From Owenia fusiformis (lineage: Eukaryota): 64,000 nt of DNA. This document shows positions 59,291-64,000 of this stretch, in pieces. The stretch is from contig CAIIXF020000001.1 of the NCBI GenBank assembly GCA_903813345.2, positions 4,340,001-4,404,000 of the forward strand. The letters are read 5' to 3'. Made by a program: the position numbers and the translations under genes. Under the pieces are notes generated by a model, which made no database searches, was not told the DNA's origin, and worked only from the letters and a program-made list of their open reading frames with translations. Each line of letters begins with the position of its first letter. Position 1 is the stretch's first letter.

Positions 59291-60405
59291 CAGATTGGCT
59301 GTGTAGTCATGTGCAAGTACATAAAGGAGTTCAATCTCTAGTCCTAAAACAATCAAAAATCAGAATTATATGTAACTGTCCCATCGGTAGACTTATGTAG
59401 AGATTGTATTACTAATTAATACTCAGTGTGTGAAAAAGTTGTTAAAGATGTAAAACATTTAAAAGTCCCGTAAAAAGTACTCATTGTATGATAAAGTGTA
59501 TGAAGTGTTCGTGAATAAGGATTTTAATAGTTCTCAGTGTATAGTTATTCATCTTAAAGTACTTAGAGTGCTTAGTGTGTAAAATACTGTTCAGGAATAA
59601 AAGTAATCAATATAAAGTTCTGTTCATGAAGAAGTATTTGGTTCTCTGTGTGTAAAGTACTTCATTGTAAATAACTACTACAAGTATTCAGTAAAGCATT
59701 GTTCATGAAGAAGTACTTAGATAGTTACCGGTGTGTAGAATACTTCATGTGTAAGTACTTAGAGAAATAAGTGTGTAAAGTACATTATTTATTAAAACAT
59801 TTGAATTAAAATGAAAACAGAACTTGGGAGTACTTATCATGGGTCATTATGTGACATACAGTACTTGTATAAACAGTTAAATTACTCAGCGTGAGTTAAA
59901 CTTTTCATATCTTAAAATGACTCTGTGTGTACAGTACTTCAATGTTTAAAACTAACAAGGTCTAATTTTACAAGATACAGCATACCATACAATCCAAATT
60001 ATTCTTTGTAATCATGTATTATCGTATATTCAGGGTGATAATTTCAGACCATGTTTATATTATGTTACTGACATAATCATGCTATGAGTATCTTAACATT
60101 AAGACTCAAATACTCACCATTTGAAAATCATGTACTTATGTGTAACTCCATCCAAGACTTGCCAAATATTACATTAACCTCAGTTTTTGAAAATTGGACA
60201 AATAATATGAGGCATACTAGGTATTGCTATTAATTTGGTATTTGCCAAACACGTAGTGCTATGTGAGAGTCTTATATTCAGACAGAAAAGATATGTGCGG
60301 GCAAAATTTGATAAACAGTTAACTTTTAGATTCTGATGTTTTTATTAGGGTTTCTAGTTTCTACATGGACTGCAAATATTCCTCTTGGAGTCACAATTTT
60401 TTCAT

Positions 60406-60670
60406 ATGTGATATATTCAATGTATATAACGTAGCACTTACACAATTTTAATTGTCAAGACAATACCATGTCTGTTTCAAATATTTTAATCATGTCTTAT
60501 GGAATGGGCTGCATTGTATGACTGCATTTACAAAAATGTGTTTTTCATTTTTTCCAATGTGATATATTCATTGTATATAACATAGGACTTAAACGATTTT
60601 AATTGTCAAGACAATACCTTTTTGTTTTTATTTTGTGAACATTGTATGACTGCATTTACAAAAATGTGTT
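60406..60670. repeat. Diverged tandem duplication, ~151-bp period
   Basis: ATGTGATATATTCA...TTTTAATTGTCAAGACAATACC...CATTGTATGACTGCATTTACAAAAATGTGTT occurs twice. Confidence 0.8.
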
Positions 60671-63600
60671 CTTTCTATTGTACAATGAACAAAAATATCA
60701 TCTACTAAGTATGTTGTTTGGTTACACATCTCATAATATTTCTGTCAGGTTTACAGTAATAAAGTGTTCTATTAAAGTGTATGTGTATTAGAAAAATAGC
60801 AATGTTGACCAAGTGTGCACTTGAGAGGAGTCCATTCAAAAATGAGTATACATGTGCGTTTTTGAACAACATGCCATCGGGTTTACATTAAAACTAGAAA
60901 ATAGTGTTTCATAAATAAATGCAGAGAGAATTAGATCTAGCGAGCAAGCTAAACAAAAAATGTAACTTTTTCTATTTTTATAGCTACCATTTTTATTATT
61001 TGGGAGAATCTAAATCCTTATCCTTAATAACTTCACCAATTCACAAAATATCGCAGATCTTTTGGGAAATATTGTTGTATTTGAGATCATAAGGAATAGA
61101 TTGGTAGGCCAATTGTACTTTTTGCTTGCAACTTTGTCACTCCCTATAGATCTGATTCTGCCTTTAAATTGTTCTTATTGTGGACTAGTACTTATTGTAT
61201 TAACTTTTTTTTAGATGTGTAACTTTTTGTGAAGTATGACACCCTTACTTCCAGCCCTAACTAAGTTTTAGTTTGTTGAAGTCACAAATTGTGCTTTTAG
61301 TTCACCAACATTGATTTAATTGTAATGCTCTGGTACTGTCTAAATTTGTGTACTGATAGTTTATACATGTAATTGTACAATTATATTAATCTTGTATATT
61401 ACAATAGTTTGCTAAATTTTCCAATGATTCAAGAAAAATACAGAAACTGCCAAGTGAATTTTTCTTGGCACAATATTTTCCGTGTGAAAATGTGCTTATT
61501 CAGTGATATTTGGGATATACATATACTGTACTTTGATGGTTTTTCAACAGAAATAATGTTTTAGACAACAAAACGTCATGATGTGGTGTCAGAATGTAAT
61601 ACGGATTTTGTGTCACAGTGTGAAAATATATTTATAACACATGGGCCAATCAGTTCACTAGAAATTTCACCATAAGTGAATAAATGTATGTACATCATTC
61701 CCTTAGCACAATATTATATTGTTACGGAAATATATTTATTTATACTGTTATGAATTACTTTTATTGTTCGTTCAATCAAGCTATTTAGGGAGGCAGAATC
61801 CTGTGAATAATTTTGGTTATAAAATATTTCAAACATATTACATGTAGGGTTGTAGATCCAAGAGTTTTATGAAGCTCTGCTTTAAAAGTCCTTACAACTT
61901 TATTGTTCCGACATTCCACACTAGACTCCTCACTTGCATTATTTCCTTAAAAAGGACATCTTGCTTCATCAAGCTTCGGACCTATCCTATACTGTAGAAC
62001 GTAGTGATTGAGCATGGGAACCGACGATGTAAAAAGGATGAGTCAGGATATATGAAAAATTGTTATCATAGAAAAACACCAACAGCAACATGTATGAAAT
62101 ACAAAGTAGAAATAACTTAAAGACTCATGAAGAATTCAAAAGAAAATCATATTTTTGAAATACATTTTAGGTTTTTAAATTACAAATTTTTGAATTTCCT
62201 GCCAGTTTAATTTGAAGGGGGAAAACAATATCAGAAATAAAAAGTTGCTTCACTTTTTAATTTTCCCATTGGGCAGTTTTATGGTTTATTTTTTGATTGA
62301 TTCTGACTGTTCATCATTGTGAGATATCCTATCAGTTTCCTTCTTTGCATGGCAGAGATTGTCTGAGCATCAGAATGACTGTTTATCATCAGGGTCATGT
62401 ATAGAGATTATAAAATTGAAACCATAAAGCTGTGCTCTGCATGAATTTGATGTATATAACTTCACCAACACAACTGAAGTGTCAAAACTGGATGCTCAGA
62501 ACTTTGATGACTATAATCTCTTGATTACCAAGATAAACACCAATTCAGGAACCATGACATTAGGGAAGTTAGGATACACATTTATTTTAAAACTTGTATG
62601 GGAAAATGTAGAATTGTGATATGGAAAATAATTGTAGTTAGGTCTCTGGAGAAGCGGATTGAGAGGGGTCTAAAGTTATCCTCAGGGGTCAAAATATTAC
62701 ATGTTCACATCAGGCTCGTGAAAGTTAACCTCCCTAGTGACAATACTTATTTGTGGGGTTAACTATTTTTATCTCGATTCAATAATCACCAGGGTAAAGA
62801 TTTACCACCTACATTTTTTAGGAATGGTTCTATGGGTTAGCTTCCCTCACACATAAACCAGGTTTATATATTTATAAGTAATAATCAAGGGAATAAAGAG
62901 TCACTTGTACTTTTCAGGACTGGTTTCTTGGTTAAACATACAGTATCAATTTGGACTGCTCACCACTGCCTTTATCCTCTCTCACACACTACACAATGCA
63001 TGAACACAAAACATATTTTTTAATAATTGTACTTCACTGTTTTATTGCAAGTACTTGTATTTTTGTAATTTTCTCTGTAACAATAAGTCTGTACATTAAG
63101 TCCTAATATTGAGCCATGGACACGTGCCCCAGAAATTGGCCCGGAATCCCCAAATACAAAAGTCCCCATATGACAGTGCAAGTAAGAACTTTTCATCACA
63201 ATAAGTAAAATCGCATAAATTATTCAATTTCTATCATAATTTACACATGATACAACTAAAACTTAACCAGTCTTATGATGGTGCTAAATTGGAAACAATT
63301 TTAGCCAATAAACATTCTGACTAGCAATTGAACAGGCAGAGAAAATACTGTTTCCAATAGTATCATAAAGAAAAAATTGAGAATCTTAACTGATGAAAAA
63401 CATGAACTCTCCATGTGAGAAATATCACATGAAGAAAATTGGGCCTCTCGCAATAGCGGAATGCTTCAATAAGCTCTATGAGATGCCCAGCATAGAGCCA
63501 ACACACACACACTAAAACACAGAATCCAAAACAAACGAGAAAACAATGTCCTTGATATTTGTCCCACATGGATTAAATTCTGTGTTCCTTCTTTAAATAC

Positions 63601-63722
63601 AATATAGATCATGATTGTGAGCATTGAGATGATGCCATTCTGGCTTTGGATGATGATTATGAATAATGTCTGCTTGACGCCGTAAGATGATAATGTATTG
63701 ATGTTAGGTGGTTTTTGATAAT

Positions 63723-63826
63723 CTATAATTCGTCGTGATCTATATCTCCTTCTTCTTCTGGTTCTTCATCTTCATCCTCATCAATCTCTCCCATATCATC
63801 CTCATCTCCCTCCTCAGCATCTTCAC
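63723..63826 (-). CDS. Last coding exon of an ER-luminal protein with acidic tail and HDEL signal (PDI, calreticulin or GRP94 type; unresolved)
   Basis: attgcag|GT GAA GAT... encodes EDAEEGDEDDMGEIDEDEDEEPEEEGDIDHDEL*. Minus-strand AATAAA at 63046-63041. Confidence 0.85.
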
Positions 63827-64000
63827 CTGCAATAATATCACATACATTATGCCATGCTGTTAATAAACACTTCAAGTAACATACATGACAAGTAAAATAA
63901 TACACCTTTAAAACACACTTGAAAGCAAAAGAAATTACAATGACTTGCAAAAAACCAAAGCCTGCAGATATCACTGCTCTCACAAACAAAAGCATCAACC

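Noticed and set aside
61584-61594. Second tRNA-Leu PBS-like TGGTGTCAGAA
   Set aside because: 11-nt match without an adjacent LTR end or PPT.
62366-62610. Coding-like plus-strand stretch (...CALHEFDVYNFTNTTEVSKLDAQNFDDYNLL...)
   Set aside because: Contains an in-frame TAA, lacks convincing splice sites and resembles no family I recognise. It would need a BLASTX search.
63827-63998. N-terminal part of the listed 91-aa ORF
   Set aside because: Intronic read-through upstream of the acceptor at 63827. Only the acidic HDEL exon is supported.

Overview
AT-rich, intron-rich animal genomic DNA, most likely a marine invertebrate. I reconstructed five host genes by hand from GT-AG splice sites and protein motifs: RCL1 (minus, 5' end only), NAD kinase (plus, 11 core coding exons, ~456 aa), TAF10 (minus, 5 coding exons, 130 aa), glutaminase (plus, 14 coding exons, ~612 aa) and the last exon of an acidic HDEL-terminated ER protein (minus). 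RCL1/NADK and TAF10/GLS are divergent pairs. Introns and spacers are dense with transposons: a young L1/Tx1-type LINE with an intact 1261-aa ORF2, two decayed LINEs, and many MITEs with readable TSDs, several of them nested. The most unusual observations are: (1) a 60-bp array that reiterates the end of a NADK exon together with its 5' splice site 18 times in frame; (2) a miniature LTR retrotransposon (TRIM) with a tRNA-derived Pol III module in its LTRs and a tRNA-Leu PBS; (3) two apparent P-superfamily excision footprints; (4) candidate micro-exons at the NADK N-terminal phospho-motif. No database searches were possible, so family assignments rest on recalled motifs.
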